This document shows positions 63,326 through 64,000 of a stretch of DNA of 64,000 nucleotides, piece by piece. Location of the stretch: the NCBI RefSeq assembly GCF_947568905.1, contig NC_079169.1, forward strand, positions 87,420,001 to 87,484,000. The letters are read 5' to 3'. The DNA is from Ostrea edulis. Taxonomy: Eukaryota. The number at the start of each line of letters is the position of its first letter. Position 1 is the first letter of the stretch. The translations under genes and the position numbers were made by a program. Under the pieces are notes generated by a model, which was not told where the DNA came from, ran no database searches, and was given only the letters and a program-made list of their open reading frames with translations.

Positions 63326-63722
63326 GCAAGGTGAAGATAACGAACAGTGATCAATCTCATAACTCCTACAAGCAATACAAAATAGATAGTTGGAGAAACA
63401 CGGACCCCTGGACACACCAGAGGTGGGATCAGGTGCCTAGGAGGAGTAAGCATCCCCCTGTCGACCGGTCACACCCGCCGTGAGCCCTATATTCTGATCA
63501 GGTAAACGGAGTTATCCGCAGTAAAAATCAATGTGCCAAGAATGGCTTAACAATCGATATGAAACACGTCAGACAGCATTTGACCCAATGCGAGGTTGTA
63601 TAGAAGAACTAGATCGTTATAACGACCATAGAATTTGCGAAATGCTGACTTCAATCGAGACTGTTGAAACCCCTGTACCATCAACTTGTTTGTCAGTAGC
63701 TTACCTCGATTTAAAAACTGAC
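63326..63722 (-). mobile_element. Penelope-like 3' fragment (ORF C-terminus plus tail)
   Basis: Reverse complement of 58700-59094 at high identity. Confidence 0.9.
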
Positions 63723-64000
63723 TATAGGCAGAACAAGCTCTTGCATACCGAATCAGTTGATGTGATACTATATGTGAGTCCTATATCCCGATAATAGTGT
63801 TTGTCATGATTTAGAGTAATCAATAATATCATTTTAATGAATAGTTCCATAGTGTTTTAACATGTAGATTTGTAGTAAAGTAATATGTGAATAACGCCAC
63901 TTGGAGATAAGGGTCTACACTGTACAATAGAGCTAATTAAGGGCAATGTTCAACTTTTGTGTTATTCAGAGTGAAATTCTACTCTTCTAGATCTTTTATA

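Overview
AT-rich eukaryotic genomic DNA. The repeat families suggest a bivalve mollusc, probably an oyster (inference). Two spliced protein-coding genes could be rebuilt by hand on the minus strand, with GT-AG introns and consistent phases. The first is a 5-exon, 347-aa medium-chain dehydrogenase/reductase that lacks the zinc ligands and resembles Drosophila Drat (6672-8276). The second is a 17-coding-exon, 1016-aa RBM33 orthologue (23209-49121). The rest is transposon relics and tandem repeats: SINE-like elements, Penelope-like RT fragments (one with a type I hammerhead ribozyme), hAT-like elements with 5-, 6- and 8-bp TSDs, Kolobok-like MITEs, Helentron-associated HINEs, palindromic elements and minisatellites. 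The main unexplained pattern is that tandem repeats in RBM33 are repeatedly seeded on splice junctions: about 33 copies of the exon 9 donor, 4 of the exon 10 donor, 4+3 of the exon 16 end and donor, and a duplicated exon 6 acceptor. In each case worked out, the nearest extra site would frameshift the mRNA or add a stop. An inverted repeat pair also flanks coding exons 1-5, a circRNA-type layout. All coordinates and alignments were read by eye; no searches or folding programs were run.
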